Shown here piece by piece: positions 26,250-37,310 of a DNA stretch of 64,000 nt (its first letter is position 1; each line of letters opens with the position of its first letter). The position numbers and the translations under genes were made by a program. The stretch is from Acidimicrobiia bacterium. GTDB taxonomy: Bacteria > Actinomycetota > Acidimicrobiia > Spongiisociales > ZC4RG35. The stretch covers positions 2,506 through 66,505 of the forward strand of contig JBGSYD010000011.1 of assembly GCA_041751055.1 (NCBI GenBank), written 5' to 3'. The notes beneath the pieces were generated by a model. It saw nothing but the letters and a program-made list of their open reading frames with translations. It ran no database searches and was not told the DNA's origin.

Positions 26250-26690
26250 TTAGTTGGCGACGACCTTGATCTGCGGCTCTTCGAAAGCCGGCCGCTGCGC
26301 AGAGACATGACTGATCTTCAGCCGGTATTCGCGTCGTTGCTTCACCTGGGCGAGAGCCGCAACGTAGAGGAAAAGCAGAGAGTCAGTGAACAGGTGGATG
26401 AGGAGATAACTCATCGACATCTTCAACAAGGCCAGCCCTGCTGTGGCCAAGGCGAGAAGGACAAGTACGCTCAAAACCGCCCGGCGGCGATTACGTACCG
26501 AATACCGCTCAGGGGAGACAATTGTATTGCGGGGGCGCTTCTGAACGTCTGCCATGAGGTGGGTGAAACGGTCGAATTCCTCAGCGGACTGCAACGAAGC
26601 CTCCCTACGGTCACCGAAGACGGTGGGTAGCAAGTAGATGCTCCACACTGCGGCTATTACCAGCAAGCCGACAATGACTGGGGTTTCCAT
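26250..26690 (-). CDS. SepX/GlpR-like actinobacterial membrane protein
   Basis: N-terminal TM ending WSIYLLP followed by EEFDRF, RRR before two C-terminal TMs; sits between moeA/moaC and tRNA-Ala(CGC) as in other actinobacteria. Confidence 0.6.
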   Translation of the reverse strand: METPVIVGLLVIAAVWSIYLLPTVFGDRREASLQSAEEFDRFTHLMADVQKRPRNTIVSPERYSVRNRRRAVLSVLVLLALATAGLALLKMSMSYLLIHLFTDSLLFLYVAALAQVKQRREYRLKISHVSAQRPAFEEPQIKVVAN

Positions 26691-26749
26691 TACTCCTAGT
26701 TCTCCGTCCGATTGAGAGCGTAGCTAACGAAGGCTCACAAGCCAACGAC

Positions 26750-27229
26750 TCAAGATCTCGACCATAAACCAGAACGTCCACCGGACTTTTCCAGCAGCCG
26801 CACGTGCCTGATCTCGACATCCCTTTCCACACTCTTCACCATGTCATAAATGGTCAAAGCTGCCACAGATGCTGCGGTCAAGGCCTCCATCTCGACACCG
26901 GTACGACCGGTCGTGCTAACTATAGCAAGCACATGGATTCCATGCCCAGTTCGGGTCAACGTCACCTCAGCCCCGGTGAGAGCGATCGGATGACATAAAG
27001 GGATGAGATCTGCTGTTTTCTTGGCAGCATTGATCCCGGCGATCCGGGCTGCAGCAGCCGCATCCCCCTTGGGAAGATCGTTCTGGAAGAATCGGTCGGT
27101 TAATCCAGGGCTCATGACGACCTCGGCTTCTGCGATCGCTTTCCGGGCCGTTTCCTCTTTGGCTCCAACGTCCACCATGTGGACCGCGCCATCCTCGGTC
27201 AGATGGGTCATGGGCTTATCCTCAGGCAT
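26750..27229 (-). CDS. moaC: Cyclic pyranopterin monophosphate synthase
   Basis: THL...G.VHMVDVGAK, KGD, AAKKTADLIPLCHP, TGVEMEALTAASVAALTIYDMVK. Confidence 0.96.
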   Translation of the reverse strand: MPEDKPMTHLTEDGAVHMVDVGAKEETARKAIAEAEVVMSPGLTDRFFQNDLPKGDAAAAARIAGINAAKKTADLIPLCHPIALTGAEVTLTRTGHGIHVLAIVSTTGRTGVEMEALTAASVAALTIYDMVKSVERDVEIRHVRLLEKSGGRSGLWSRS

Positions 27230-28448
27230 CTATCCAACTCCTCGTCTCCGGTGAGCGAAAGAGTTCCACCTCGAAACTCTGACCGGCCTTGATCTCGGCT
27301 ATGCCCACGGCGATCAACCCGAACGCATCGGATGCGGCCAGACCGGACAGCACGTGGGAGCCCTGCCCCCCGGACGATCTTGCAATCAACTTCCCATTGG
27401 CCTCCAGCTTCAGGCCGACTCTCAGGAATTCCAGACGATCGGGGTCGGAGCGGATCTTTTCTCCTGCGACCGCCCGAACCCGGGGGCGGAAAACGCTCGT
27501 GGCCGATTGCATGGCGAGCAATGCCGGCCGGACCAGCTGTTCGTATGCAACCACCGCCGACACCGGATTTCCCGGTAGACCGAAGAAGGGGACCCCTCCG
27601 ACAGTTCCAAAAGCAAACGGCTTGGCCGGCTTGATCGCGACCTTCCAGAAATCGATCTCCCCGAGGTCGCCCAGAACCGATCTCACATAATCATGGTCAC
27701 CCATCGACACACCACCGGAGGTGACAATCGCATCAGATCCTGCGGCCGCTCTGGCAAACGCGGCGTGCAGGTCGACCGGATCATCGCGAACGATTCCCTG
27801 GTCGAGCACGGTCGCCACTTCGGACAGAAACGAGTGGAGCAAAACCCTGTTGGAATCCCGGATTTGACCCGGACGGAGGACTGCGGCCGACGCGGGCGCA
27901 AGTTCGTCGCCGGTGCTGAACAAAGCCACACGCGGGCGCCGCGAGACGAGTGGTTGTGCGGCGCCAATGGCGGCAAGTACACCCAGGTGAGTGGAATGGA
28001 TCCGCGTGCCCCGAGCGAAAACGATTGCCCCCTTGGGTATGTCGCTGCCGGCAGATCGTACCGAGGTCCCCTCGTCGACGATAGGGCTGATTTTCACGAC
28101 ATCGTCCAAACGCTCTGTGTCTTCGATTCGAACGACAGTGTCGGCCCCTGCCGGCATCGGCGCCCCCGTCATGATCTTCATGGCCGTTCCTGGTTCCACG
28201 ACCTGGGTGGTCGCGTGACCCGCAGAGATCTCACCGATCACGCGAAGTAGGGCGCCCGGTGAGCCAACATCGGATGCCCGCACGGCATAGCCATCCATCG
28301 CCGAGTTGGGGAACGCTGGAATCGGCTCCCTGGCCACTACGTCCTGGGATACGACACGGCCCAGGGCGGAGGCAAGTTCAACAGTCTCCTCCCCGAGGTG
28401 GCGGATTGAACCGAGGACGGCTGCCTGGGCTTCCTCGAGCGAGATCAC
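27222..28448 (-). CDS. moeA: Molybdopterin molybdotransferase (gephyrin-like Glp/MoeA)
   Basis: FPNSAMDGYAV, IMTGAPMP.GAD, STGDEL, TSGGVSMGDHD, KPAKP, GLPGNPVS. Confidence 0.94.
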   Translation of the reverse strand: MISLEEAQAAVLGSIRHLGEETVELASALGRVVSQDVVAREPIPAFPNSAMDGYAVRASDVGSPGALLRVIGEISAGHATTQVVEPGTAMKIMTGAPMPAGADTVVRIEDTERLDDVVKISPIVDEGTSVRSAGSDIPKGAIVFARGTRIHSTHLGVLAAIGAAQPLVSRRPRVALFSTGDELAPASAAVLRPGQIRDSNRVLLHSFLSEVATVLDQGIVRDDPVDLHAAFARAAAGSDAIVTSGGVSMGDHDYVRSVLGDLGEIDFWKVAIKPAKPFAFGTVGGVPFFGLPGNPVSAVVAYEQLVRPALLAMQSATSVFRPRVRAVAGEKIRSDPDRLEFLRVGLKLEANGKLIARSSGGQGSHVLSGLAASDAFGLIAVGIAEIKAGQSFEVELFRSPETRSWIDA

Positions 28449-29260
28449 GGCTTGGTTAGCCGCCGGAGGAAGTCAGCGAAATCAGTCCCGAACCGGTGGA
28501 GCCCCAACTCGACCGTTGCTTCCAGCAAACCCTTTGGAGTGCCCACGTCGAGCAGGTCGGTTTGGGTGACAAAGCCGCGCATGTCCCCGGTTCGACCCAA
28601 TTCGTCGATTGCATCTGTCAGCTGGATCTCTCCCAACGCTCCGGGTTCGGTCTTTTCGAGTATCGGAAAGATCTCCGGAGTGAACAAATACCGGCCCACC
28701 AGCCCCAGGCGCGACGGGGCGTTGTCGATCCCGGGTTTCTCCACGGCACCGTTCAAATCCAGATAGCCGTCGACCACCTCGGAGTCGGGGACCACGAATC
28801 CGTATTTGTCGAGGTACTCGTCCGGGTACTCCTTGAGACACATGACCGACGTGGAGCCGCCGTTTGAACCCGCCGCGAGCGATCCGAGGACGTCATGTCC
28901 GGGCCGCACGATGTTGTCTGACAGCAGGCAGAAGAAGGGCCGATCGCCAACCATTTCCCTGGCCTCGAAAACCGCGTGGCCAAGACCCAACGGCTCTTCT
29001 TGGACGGCAGGACGGAGACGTATCTCCTCCAAGCCGGGCAACGCCCCCTCGAGGCTGAAGTGCTGGGAGATCAGGTGCCCGGTGTCGAGATCTACGACCA
29101 CAACTGCTTCTTTGGCGCCAGCTCGGGCCGCTTCCTCAACCGAATACTGGATGGCTGGCCGGTCGACCACGGTTAAGAGGGCTTTCGGAACCACCCTCGT
29201 CGCCGGGCGCATCCTGGTCCCTCGTCCTGCTGCGGGTATCACCGCTACGTCGATTGTCAT
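28445..29260 (-). CDS. galU: UTP--glucose-1-phosphate uridylyltransferase
   Basis: AVIPAAGRGTRMRPAT..VPKALL.VVDRP, QEEPLGLGHAV, VEKP, GEIQLTDA. Confidence 0.9.
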   Translation of the reverse strand: MTIDVAVIPAAGRGTRMRPATRVVPKALLTVVDRPAIQYSVEEAARAGAKEAVVVVDLDTGHLISQHFSLEGALPGLEEIRLRPAVQEEPLGLGHAVFEAREMVGDRPFFCLLSDNIVRPGHDVLGSLAAGSNGGSTSVMCLKEYPDEYLDKYGFVVPDSEVVDGYLDLNGAVEKPGIDNAPSRLGLVGRYLFTPEIFPILEKTEPGALGEIQLTDAIDELGRTGDMRGFVTQTDLLDVGTPKGLLEATVELGLHRFGTDFADFLRRLTKP

Positions 29261-29862
29261 GCCGGGACCCTTTGCTCGTTGCCTGAGAACATCCTGGAGA
29301 TATTGGAACGATGACGCCAGAGAATCAAAAGGACGATCAATCCAAGCCATAGCAGCGACAGCCCCATCACGCCCCTCCACAGAGCAAGCGGTACTGCTAT
29401 CGCCAGAACGACGAGTGACCCGATCGAGGCCGTTTTCGTGAGTTTCACCGTGACCGCCCACACCGCGGTACTGATCAGCGCCACTAGCGGCACCGTGAAG
29501 AGCATCACGCCGCCCGCCGTCGCCACGCCTTTGCCGCCTTTGAAGCGGTGGAAGATCGGGTAACAGTGGCCGACGATCGCCGCCAAACCTGCCAGGAAAG
29601 CCCAATGGATCGTGGGATCTGCTGTCCCGGAAGCGACCATCCCCATCGCAGCTCCGATTGTGCCTTTCAGGAGATCGCCGACAAAGACCATTGCCGCCGG
29701 AAGTCGGCCCAGCGTGCGTAGGACGTTGGAAGCACCTGGATTCCCGCTTCCCTCGACGCGGATATCGATGCCGTGCAGGCGTCCGACGATGACCGCGAAG
29801 TCGATGCTGCCGATGGCGTAAGCGGCAACGATGGCGAGGGCGAGGGACATCGCCGCAATCAT
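29257..29862 (-). CDS. plsY: Glycerol-3-phosphate acyltransferase PlsY
   Basis: [39 protein letters not shown]. Confidence 0.94.
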   Translation of the reverse strand: MIAAMSLALAIVAAYAIGSIDFAVIVGRLHGIDIRVEGSGNPGASNVLRTLGRLPAAMVFVGDLLKGTIGAAMGMVASGTADPTIHWAFLAGLAAIVGHCYPIFHRFKGGKGVATAGGVMLFTVPLVALISTAVWAVTVKLTKTASIGSLVVLAIAVPLALWRGVMGLSLLWLGLIVLLILWRHRSNISRMFSGNEQRVPA

Positions 29863-29895
29863 ACGTACCTGGTTCCAAGTACCATGGCCCCTTCG

Positions 29896-31716
29896 ATGTC
29901 CCGCACCCCCTTTCGCAATGTCGCTTTGATCGCGCACGTAGACCATGGCAAAACAACCCTTGTCGATGCCATGTTGTCCGCAACCGGCGTGTTCGCTTCG
30001 CATGAGGAGCACGTCGACCGCATCATGGACTCCAGTGACCAAGAACGCGAGCGCGGCATCACGATTCTCGCCAAGGCCGCTTCCGTTGAATGGAAAGGGA
30101 CCAAGATCAACCTGGTCGACACCCCCGGCCACGCCGACTTTGGCGGGGAGGTCGAGCGGGCTCTCGCCATGGTCGACGGTGTCCTGCTGCTTGTTGATGC
30201 ATCTGAAGGCCCGATGCCCCAAACCCGATACGTCCTCTCCAAGGCGCTCGCATTGCATTTGCCCGCGGTCGTGGTGATCAACAAAGTCGACCGACCTGAC
30301 TCACGTATGGCTGAGGTCGTCGATGAGGTCTACGAACTGTTCTTCGACCTGGGCGCATCCGACGAGCACATCGACTTCAGGATCATCTCGACTGTTGCCC
30401 GCGAAGGCAGGGCCATGGCGGGCATCGGGATTCCGGCAGTAGACGCCGACCTCAGTGCTTTGCTCGACGCCATCGTGGAGACAATCCCGGCGCCATCTGG
30501 CGATCCTGACGCACCGCTACAGGCCATGGTTACCAACCTCGATGCCTCCGACTACCTCGGTCGTCTCGCCATCGGTCGGGTGTCCGAAGGCACGTTACGC
30601 AGCGGAGAGCATGTGGCGCTGTGCCATTCCAACGAGGAGGAACCGCCCCTCAAGCGTCGACTCACGCAGCTGATGGGATTTGCCGGATTGGGCAGGCTGG
30701 ATGTCGAGGACCGCACCGCCGGAGACCTCTTTGTCGTTGCAGGGTTCCCAGAAGTGGAGATCGGGGACACGCTCGCCGACCCCAATGACCCCAAACCTAT
30801 GCCCCGCCTGGAAGTCGACGAGCCCGTGCTCCGCATGACTTTTGGTGTGAACACGTCCACATTGTCCGGACGCTCCGGGAAATTCCTGACATCCCGCCAG
30901 ATTCGGGATCGTCTCGACCGCGAGGTGCTCGGCAACGTTTCCATCAGGATTGGTGCGACATCCTCCCCCGAAGTCATCGAGGTTGCCGGCCGTGGCGAAC
31001 TTCAGCTGGCTGTGCTCATCGAGACCATGCGTCGGGAGGGATATGAGATCCAGGTGAGCCGTCCCGAAGTGATCATCAGAGAGATCGATGGCAAGCCCCA
31101 CGAACCAGTGGAGCGAGCAGTCGTCGATGTGCCGGACGAACATGTCGGAACCGTGACCCAAGGTGCGGCACCGCGCAAGGGAAAGATCACTGATCTCCGG
31201 CCGGGCGATGCGGGCAGGACAATAGTGACCCTGGAGGCGCCGGCCCGAGGTCTGCTCGGCTTCCGGTCGCTCTTGATGACATCGACGAGAGGCACTGCAC
31301 TCGTCCATCAACACCACGCCGGCTGGATGCCGTGGGCAGGTGAACTACCCCATCGAATTGGAGGCGCCATGATCTCGGACCGCGCCGGATCGGTCACGGG
31401 CTTCGCCCTGGACAACCTGCAGAAACGCGGCGAGATGTTTGTCGAGCCCGGAGTGGAGGTTTACGAGGGAATGATCATTGGGGAGGCGTCACGTCCCGAA
31501 GAGATGGTCGTAAATGTCACTAAAGGCAAACAGCTGACCAACATCCGCACCCATTCGAGCGACGACGCCATAAAGCTCAAGCCCGCACGGCATCTCACTC
31601 TCGAGCTTGCGATCGAGTGGATAGCTGACGACGAGCTCGTGGAAGTGACTCCTGATGCGATACGGGTCAGAAAGAAGTTCCTGACCGACGGTGAGAGGCG
31701 ACGGCACCACAAATAG
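29896..31716 (+). CDS. typA: Translational GTPase TypA/BipA
   Basis: [62 protein letters not shown]. Confidence 0.97.
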   Translation: MSRTPFRNVALIAHVDHGKTTLVDAMLSATGVFASHEEHVDRIMDSSDQERERGITILAKAASVEWKGTKINLVDTPGHADFGGEVERALAMVDGVLLLVDASEGPMPQTRYVLSKALALHLPAVVVINKVDRPDSRMAEVVDEVYELFFDLGASDEHIDFRIISTVAREGRAMAGIGIPAVDADLSALLDAIVETIPAPSGDPDAPLQAMVTNLDASDYLGRLAIGRVSEGTLRSGEHVALCHSNEEEPPLKRRLTQLMGFAGLGRLDVEDRTAGDLFVVAGFPEVEIGDTLADPNDPKPMPRLEVDEPVLRMTFGVNTSTLSGRSGKFLTSRQIRDRLDREVLGNVSIRIGATSSPEVIEVAGRGELQLAVLIETMRREGYEIQVSRPEVIIREIDGKPHEPVERAVVDVPDEHVGTVTQGAAPRKGKITDLRPGDAGRTIVTLEAPARGLLGFRSLLMTSTRGTALVHQHHAGWMPWAGELPHRIGGAMISDRAGSVTGFALDNLQKRGEMFVEPGVEVYEGMIIGEASRPEEMVVNVTKGKQLTNIRTHSSDDAIKLKPARHLTLELAIEWIADDELVEVTPDAIRVRKKFLTDGERRRHHK

Positions 31717-31788
31717 CCCGCTCAAAGTTGGTACCCAGGGTTGGTACAATTCGGCTGCGGTCGTCCCCCATTACCTCTTGATCAACTG

Positions 31789-32103
31789 ATGCCTACCTAC
31801 GAATACACCTGTAAGAAATGCCACGAGAACATCGAGGTCTTTCAGCCGTTCAGCGCCAAGCCTCTCAAAAAGCATCAGGAATGTGGTGGTGAGTTGCAAA
31901 AGGTCTTTCACGCACGAGGGGTGCTTTTCAAGGGTTCAGGTTTCTACGCCACCGACTCCAGAAAAGCGGACAAGGACTCTTCTGGCAAAGAGCTCGACAC
32001 CAAAGAATCCAAAAACAAGGAAGCCGCCTCGAAGTCAAACGGTGCCAAACAAAAGCCCGCGGCCAAGAAGGAAGCCGAAGCCTCCAAACCCGCCACCGAC
32101 TGA
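31789..32103 (+). CDS. FmdB-family zinc-ribbon protein with low-complexity K/A/S tail
   Basis: MPTYEYTCKKC...CGG.LQKVF...FKGSGFYATDSR. Confidence 0.9.
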   Translation: MPTYEYTCKKCHENIEVFQPFSAKPLKKHQECGGELQKVFHARGVLFKGSGFYATDSRKADKDSSGKELDTKESKNKEAASKSNGAKQKPAAKKEAEASKPATD

Positions 32104-32150
32104 CCAACAAACCACTGGCTACGTGACCACCGCTTCAATACGTTGGGACC

Positions 32151-32669
32151 ATGTTGTGGTTGCAAAGCCCGCAGTGGGCCCGGTGGGGTCTCGCCATCGT
32201 CATCACCGCCGCTGCCATCTGGACTGAGTTCCGACCCGACCCATCCGTCGAACACCCCTTCGCAATCAGCCCGATCGGAGTCGGCGAGCCAATCGGGCCG
32301 ACCAACACCGAAAACAGGGACATCCCATCGGGCCTACTCGAACCAGTGCCCGATGTCGGTTTTGCCACCCATGGATACGAGCCTGGCGAGCCGATCACCA
32401 CAGGAGGTCTGAGCGAGAGGCCAATCGTCGTACCGGACGGCTGGTGGTCGATTGCAGTGGCGTTGCCTCCTGGCATCACTGTGGGCAGCGACGTGCAATT
32501 GGTGCTGATCGACAGTGGTTTGGTCGTCCCTGGACGGGTCACATCAGTTCCATACGACGACCCGCTTTCCAGCAATGAAGGATCGGTGGCAATACCCCCT
32601 GAAAGTGCAGCGGCGGTGGCCGCGGCTCTGCTCAACGGCAGAGTGGCAGTCCTCGTCAGAACAGGATGA
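32151..32669 (+). CDS. SAF/CpaB-like domain protein
   Basis: TM segment followed by SAF-like beta region; conserved position beside FmdB in actinobacteria. Confidence 0.55.
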   Translation: MLWLQSPQWARWGLAIVITAAAIWTEFRPDPSVEHPFAISPIGVGEPIGPTNTENRDIPSGLLEPVPDVGFATHGYEPGEPITTGGLSERPIVVPDGWWSIAVALPPGITVGSDVQLVLIDSGLVVPGRVTSVPYDDPLSSNEGSVAIPPESAAAVAAALLNGRVAVLVRTG

Positions 32670-32685
32670 TCACTACTGTGCCGTC

Positions 32686-33459
32686 GTGGTTGCTGCCATC
32701 ATATGGGGTCTAATCCAGGGGCTCACCGAATTCTTACCGGTGTCATCTTCAGGTCATCTCGTCGTTGTGCCGGCGCTTATCGACAAGTTGGGCTACGAGA
32801 TCTCACAGCCCAGTCTCGCTGTCTCAGCAGTCCTCCACTTGGGAACCCTGATGGCCGTGCTTGTCTATTTTCGATCCGACCTGTTGAAGGTCCTGAGGTT
32901 TAGAAGCGATCCTGAAGGCAAGAAGATCGCCGTGCTCGTGGCGATCGGGACCATTCCGGCATTGATCGGTCTTCCCTTGCGCGACTCACTCGACCGGTTT
33001 CAAGACAATGTCTCAGCGGTAGGTTGGGCTCTTGTCGCCACAGGGGTGATCCTCATCGTCGGTCAGCGCCTCGCCACGGGTAGCAGAGTTCTCGCCGAGG
33101 GCCGTGTCCCCGATGCCGTCGTGATCGGCATCGCCCAGATGTTCGCCCTGGTGCCGGGAATCTCTCGTTCGGGAAGCACGATCAGCGCCGGAAACGGGCG
33201 CCAATTCAGTCCGATCGAGGCGGCGCGCTTCTCATTCCTTCTCGGCATACCAGCCATCGCCGGCGGTGGACTGAGTCAGTTGCTCGATCTCAGTGGGAGC
33301 CCTGAACTCGGCCCTGAGCTGGTTGTCGGAACGGTTGTCGCCGCCGTCTCCGGGTATGGAGCCATCGCCTTGCTGCTCAGTGCGTTGCGCCGGGTAGGAC
33401 TCCTGCCGTTTGCCGCTTACTGCTTTGCAATAGGCGCGGTAGCCATTACCTGGTTGTAG
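32686..33459 (+). CDS. uppP: Undecaprenyl-diphosphate phosphatase
   Basis: GLIQGLTEFLPVSSSGH, LHLGTL, PGISRSGSTI, AARFSFLL. Confidence 0.95.
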   Translation: MVAAIIWGLIQGLTEFLPVSSSGHLVVVPALIDKLGYEISQPSLAVSAVLHLGTLMAVLVYFRSDLLKVLRFRSDPEGKKIAVLVAIGTIPALIGLPLRDSLDRFQDNVSAVGWALVATGVILIVGQRLATGSRVLAEGRVPDAVVIGIAQMFALVPGISRSGSTISAGNGRQFSPIEAARFSFLLGIPAIAGGGLSQLLDLSGSPELGPELVVGTVVAAVSGYGAIALLLSALRRVGLLPFAAYCFAIGAVAITWL

Positions 33460-33462
33460 CCG

Positions 33463-35094
33463 TCACTGCGAATAGTTACTCGACATCCGCATCGTCTCCG
33501 CGATGTAAACGTTGATCAGTGCGGGCAGTCCCGACCGCCGGGCTCGCTCCAATGCGGGCCTGATCTCCTCGGGTCGATCCACGAACTCCCCGTAGGCACC
33601 CAAGCCTTTGACCATTTCGTGATACGGGCGAACACCGAGATCGGTGGCAACCAACCGATCCGGAAACGCCATTCGGTGAAATGTCTTGATATTGCTCCAC
33701 ACCCCATCGTTGCCGACAACGCCGATAATGGGGAGTCCGAGGCGAACCATGGTGTCGTACTCCATCGCATTGAAACCGAAGGCACCATCACCGAAAACGA
33801 TTCCAACCGTCTTGTCCGGGCAGGCAATAGCGGCGGCGATCGCATACGGGGCACCGGTTCCGAGGGTGCCGAATGGCCCGGGATCGAGGACATGGCCTGG
33901 AGTCGAGACCTGGAGCCACCGTGCCGTTGTGGAGACGATGTCTCCACCGTCGACCGCAACAATTGAGTCGGGCCCGAAGAACTCGGCCACCTCCCGGCCG
34001 AACCTCTGGGGCATCACCGGCGAGGAGTTGTCATCGGATTCGCGGGCCAACTCTTCAGCTCTCTCCGCCTCGCGAACCAGGATTTCGGCCGTCCACGAAG
34101 ATGGGTTGGACCTCCCGATCTCGTCCCCGAGGTCGACCAGCTGGGCAACCACAGTCATCGGGTCGGCGACAACGCCGATTTCGGCGTCACGATTCCACCC
34201 GATTTTCGAAGGGTCCGCATCGACCTGGATAACGGTGGCATCGCGGCTTATCTTCTCGCCGTACGAGGTTCGAAAATCCCAATCAACCCCGAGCGCCAGC
34301 ACGACATCAGCTGTCGCCATGGCCTGCGACCTTGCATGATTCCCCAGATAGGGATGGCCGTGGGGCAGGGAGCCACGTGCGCGGCTATTGACATACGTGG
34401 GTGCATGCAACAGTTCGGCAAGCTCTCGAACACGGTTGACTTCGCCGTGTCGGGCGCCGGTGCCGGCGAAAACCATTACCTTTTCGCTGCCCGCAAGCCG
34501 GTCCGCAATGCGGGACAGCGTCAGATCATCTGCTCCCCTGGAAGCGTTGTCCCGGTAGTCGACCGGGGTGCGGACCGCAGTTTCCTCCACCATGTCGAAC
34601 TGGACGTCCATCGGAATGTCGAGAAAGACCGGGCCACCACGTCCGCCAAACGCGTGCCGGGCCGCAGTGGCTATGTAGTCGGCAAGCCTGTCGACCTGCC
34701 AGGCCGTTGCCGCCCACCGGGTAATGGAATGAAACAAACTCGTGTGGTCCATTTCCTGCAGACCGCCCCTCAGCTCCTGGCGTATCATGTGCCTGCCGCC
34801 AATCACCAGCATTGGGGTGTTGGCGTAAAACGCCGTCGCCACAGCAGTGATGGTGTCGGTGACTCCCGGCCCGGCCGTGACAACAGCAACGCCGAGGTGA
34901 CCTGTCAATCGGGTGTAGGCGTCTGCGGCATGGGCGGCCGACTGCTCATGGCGAACATCGACGACTTTGATCCCCTCCTGAACACACCCATCCAGCACCG
35001 GGACGATGTGGCCACCTGTCAAAGTGAAGATCGCTTCAACGCCCTCCCGTTTCAGGGCACGCGCAACTATTTGACCACCGTGGATTTGTGCCAT
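33463..35094 (-). CDS. Thiamine-diphosphate enzyme (acetolactate synthase-like / 2-hydroxyacyl-CoA lyase family)
   Basis: GGHI, RHEQSAAHAADAY, TAGPG, GPFGTLGTG, GDGAFGF...GND ThDP motif. Confidence 0.85.
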   Translation of the reverse strand: MAQIHGGQIVARALKREGVEAIFTLTGGHIVPVLDGCVQEGIKVVDVRHEQSAAHAADAYTRLTGHLGVAVVTAGPGVTDTITAVATAFYANTPMLVIGGRHMIRQELRGGLQEMDHTSLFHSITRWAATAWQVDRLADYIATAARHAFGGRGGPVFLDIPMDVQFDMVEETAVRTPVDYRDNASRGADDLTLSRIADRLAGSEKVMVFAGTGARHGEVNRVRELAELLHAPTYVNSRARGSLPHGHPYLGNHARSQAMATADVVLALGVDWDFRTSYGEKISRDATVIQVDADPSKIGWNRDAEIGVVADPMTVVAQLVDLGDEIGRSNPSSWTAEILVREAERAEELARESDDNSSPVMPQRFGREVAEFFGPDSIVAVDGGDIVSTTARWLQVSTPGHVLDPGPFGTLGTGAPYAIAAAIACPDKTVGIVFGDGAFGFNAMEYDTMVRLGLPIIGVVGNDGVWSNIKTFHRMAFPDRLVATDLGVRPYHEMVKGLGAYGEFVDRPEEIRPALERARRSGLPALINVYIAETMRMSSNYSQ

Positions 35095-35102
35095 AGGCGA
35101 AG

Positions 35103-35861
35103 CTATTCGAGAAGAGCAGCCAAACCCAAGTGCACCCCCGGTTCGAGGCTCCCCACGTTGCGGATCGCCAGCAAGGCACCACGGGCAAAAGAATCGTACG
35201 ACGTCGACATGTGCACAATCGAAAACAGCTCGCCAGGGTTGGACAGTGCAACTTCCTGATGGGAGATCAGACCGGGGAGTCGCAGCGCGTGGACACGTAC
35301 CCCTCCCACGGAAGCACCGCGAGCCCCATCCACCAACTCGTTCGAGCCCTCAGCGGAGACGCCGCCGGCCCGCGATATGCCTTGGGCGGTGGCAAGCGCT
35401 GTCCCCGAGGGTGCGTCTGGCTTGGTGGAATGATGACGCTCGATCACCTCGACAGCCTCGAAATGACGGGCCGCTGCAGCTGCGTATTCCATCATCAGCA
35501 CTGCGCCAATTGAGAAATTCGGGACGACAAGACAGGCTGGGCCTTCATCACCCCAGAGCTCTCGAAGCGTTTCCAAGCGCTCCTCCGTGAAGCCCGACGT
35601 TCCGACTACGGCCGACATACCGGCGCTCTTCCACGCTGCGAGATTCTCGAAGACATGGTCCGGGTGCACCGTTTCTATGACCACATCCCCGGAAACTTCG
35701 TCGGGTGACCCTGTTACCTGATGGCCCTGGACCTGTATGCCAGAGCGATTCGGGTTGTAAAGGGCGGAGATCTCGAGATCTTCGGATGCGTCCACGGCGT
35801 CGATGATCGGTGAAGCCAGGTTTCCCCCGGCTCCGGACACGACGATCTTCAGCTTCGTCAA
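35103..35861 (-). CDS. dapB: 4-hydroxy-tetrahydrodipicolinate reductase
   Basis: VVGTSGF, PNFSIGAVL, EVIERHHSTKPDAPSGTA, HALRLPG. Confidence 0.9.
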   Translation of the reverse strand: MTKLKIVVSGAGGNLASPIIDAVDASEDLEISALYNPNRSGIQVQGHQVTGSPDEVSGDVVIETVHPDHVFENLAAWKSAGMSAVVGTSGFTEERLETLRELWGDEGPACLVVPNFSIGAVLMMEYAAAAARHFEAVEVIERHHSTKPDAPSGTALATAQGISRAGGVSAEGSNELVDGARGASVGGVRVHALRLPGLISHQEVALSNPGELFSIVHMSTSYDSFARGALLAIRNVGSLEPGVHLGLAALLE

Positions 35862-37174
35862 TGGCCCTCCAACGTCTCCCCGAGCGACTCCTCGAATACC
35901 TGCAGCGATGTAGCTACATCTTCAGCGGTGTGTGCCGCGCAGACGAACCAAGGCTCTTTGGCATCCGGACAGGGCATCACACCCTTGCCGATCATGTTCA
36001 TTGTCAGACGCTCATAGAGGTCTTCGTCGTGTCGGGCGATATCGCGATAATCCACCAACTCGCCTTCACCGATGTAAATCGAGAACATTGCGGGCACACC
36101 GATCACGGCGCTCTCGACTCCCCGGTCGGCCAGGACCTTCTCGATACCCTCCATCAACGCCGTACCGGTCTTCTCAATCGCGGCGAGTGGCTCGCCGGTC
36201 ATGAGACGGTCGACGGTTGCCGACGCAGCAGCAGCAGCGATTCCGTTACCCGAATAGGTGCCGGCCTGGGCGATTCCACCCTTGCTCCACCCGTCAACAT
36301 AGGCGCCCCGGGTCGCGATGGCCGCAACCGGTACGCCGTTGCCCATGGCCTTGGCATACGTACCGATGTCGGGAGTCACTCCGAAGTACTCATTGGCACC
36401 TCCGACAGCGATGCGAAACCCGGTCTTGACCTCGTCGAAAATGAGGGCTGAGCCAGAATCCTCAGTCAACTTCCGCAGACCCTCGAGAAAACCGTCTTTT
36501 GGCATCAGGCCGAAGGCATTACCCAGAACGGGTTCGACGATCACCGCAGCTATCCGATGGCCCTCACTCTTGAACAGGCTTTCTACCAGGTCCAGATCGT
36601 TGAACGGAAGAGTGCGAATGTAGGTCCTGATCGAGTCGGGTATTCCGGAGCTGGATTGGACCGGGACCGGTCGGAACCTCGAGCCCAGAGCTCCATAGGG
36701 TGCGCTGGCGGTCGAGAACATGACATAGTCGTGGACCCCGTGGTACTGGCCTTCGAACTTGAGTACGAGGTCGCGGCCGGTGACACCGCGCGCCAGGCGG
36801 ATTGCGTGCATCGTTGCTTCGGTCCCCGTATTGGTGAACCTCATCCGTTCCGGCCACTTCAATGCACCGAGCACCCTCTCGGCCGCCTCGACTTCGCGTC
36901 GTTGGGTCATGGCAAAACTTGTGGCTTCGGCAACGGCGTCTGCCACAGCCGCGGAAACGGCCGGGTCACCGTGCCCGAGAATGACGGGGCCGAATCCCAG
37001 TTGGAAATCTATGTAGCGCTTGCCATCCATGTCATAGAGATGGCCACCCTCACCGTGGTCTATGACGATCGTGTCGTCATCACCCCAGTAACGGAATTGG
37101 CTGGAGACGCCATTGACCAGAGCTTTATTGGCTCGATCGAACCAACCTTTGGTTTCTGTTCCCTGGAGACCCAT
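35858..37174 (-). CDS. Class III PLP aminotransferase, glutamate-1-semialdehyde aminomutase-like
   Basis: GPVILGH, RFTNTGTEATM.AIR.AR, KFEGQYHG, FDEVKTGFR, YAKAMGNG. Confidence 0.85.
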   Translation of the reverse strand: MGLQGTETKGWFDRANKALVNGVSSQFRYWGDDDTIVIDHGEGGHLYDMDGKRYIDFQLGFGPVILGHGDPAVSAAVADAVAEATSFAMTQRREVEAAERVLGALKWPERMRFTNTGTEATMHAIRLARGVTGRDLVLKFEGQYHGVHDYVMFSTASAPYGALGSRFRPVPVQSSSGIPDSIRTYIRTLPFNDLDLVESLFKSEGHRIAAVIVEPVLGNAFGLMPKDGFLEGLRKLTEDSGSALIFDEVKTGFRIAVGGANEYFGVTPDIGTYAKAMGNGVPVAAIATRGAYVDGWSKGGIAQAGTYSGNGIAAAAASATVDRLMTGEPLAAIEKTGTALMEGIEKVLADRGVESAVIGVPAMFSIYIGEGELVDYRDIARHDEDLYERLTMNMIGKGVMPCPDAKEPWFVCAAHTAEDVATSLQVFEESLGETLEGH

Positions 37175-37310
37175 GTTTTCACTCCTCTCAGACCGTCCAC
37201 AAATACCTGATGTCACAAGTAATCCGGGTACCCGGGCGGACGGGTTATGTAGTAGCGAACATTAACTGTGACCGGCGGGATCAGCGGCACCAAACATGTA
37301 GATTCGTGTC

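Noticed and set aside
35858-37174. Assigning hemL
   Set aside because: Fold family matches, but no heme-pathway context; left as a GSA-like paralog
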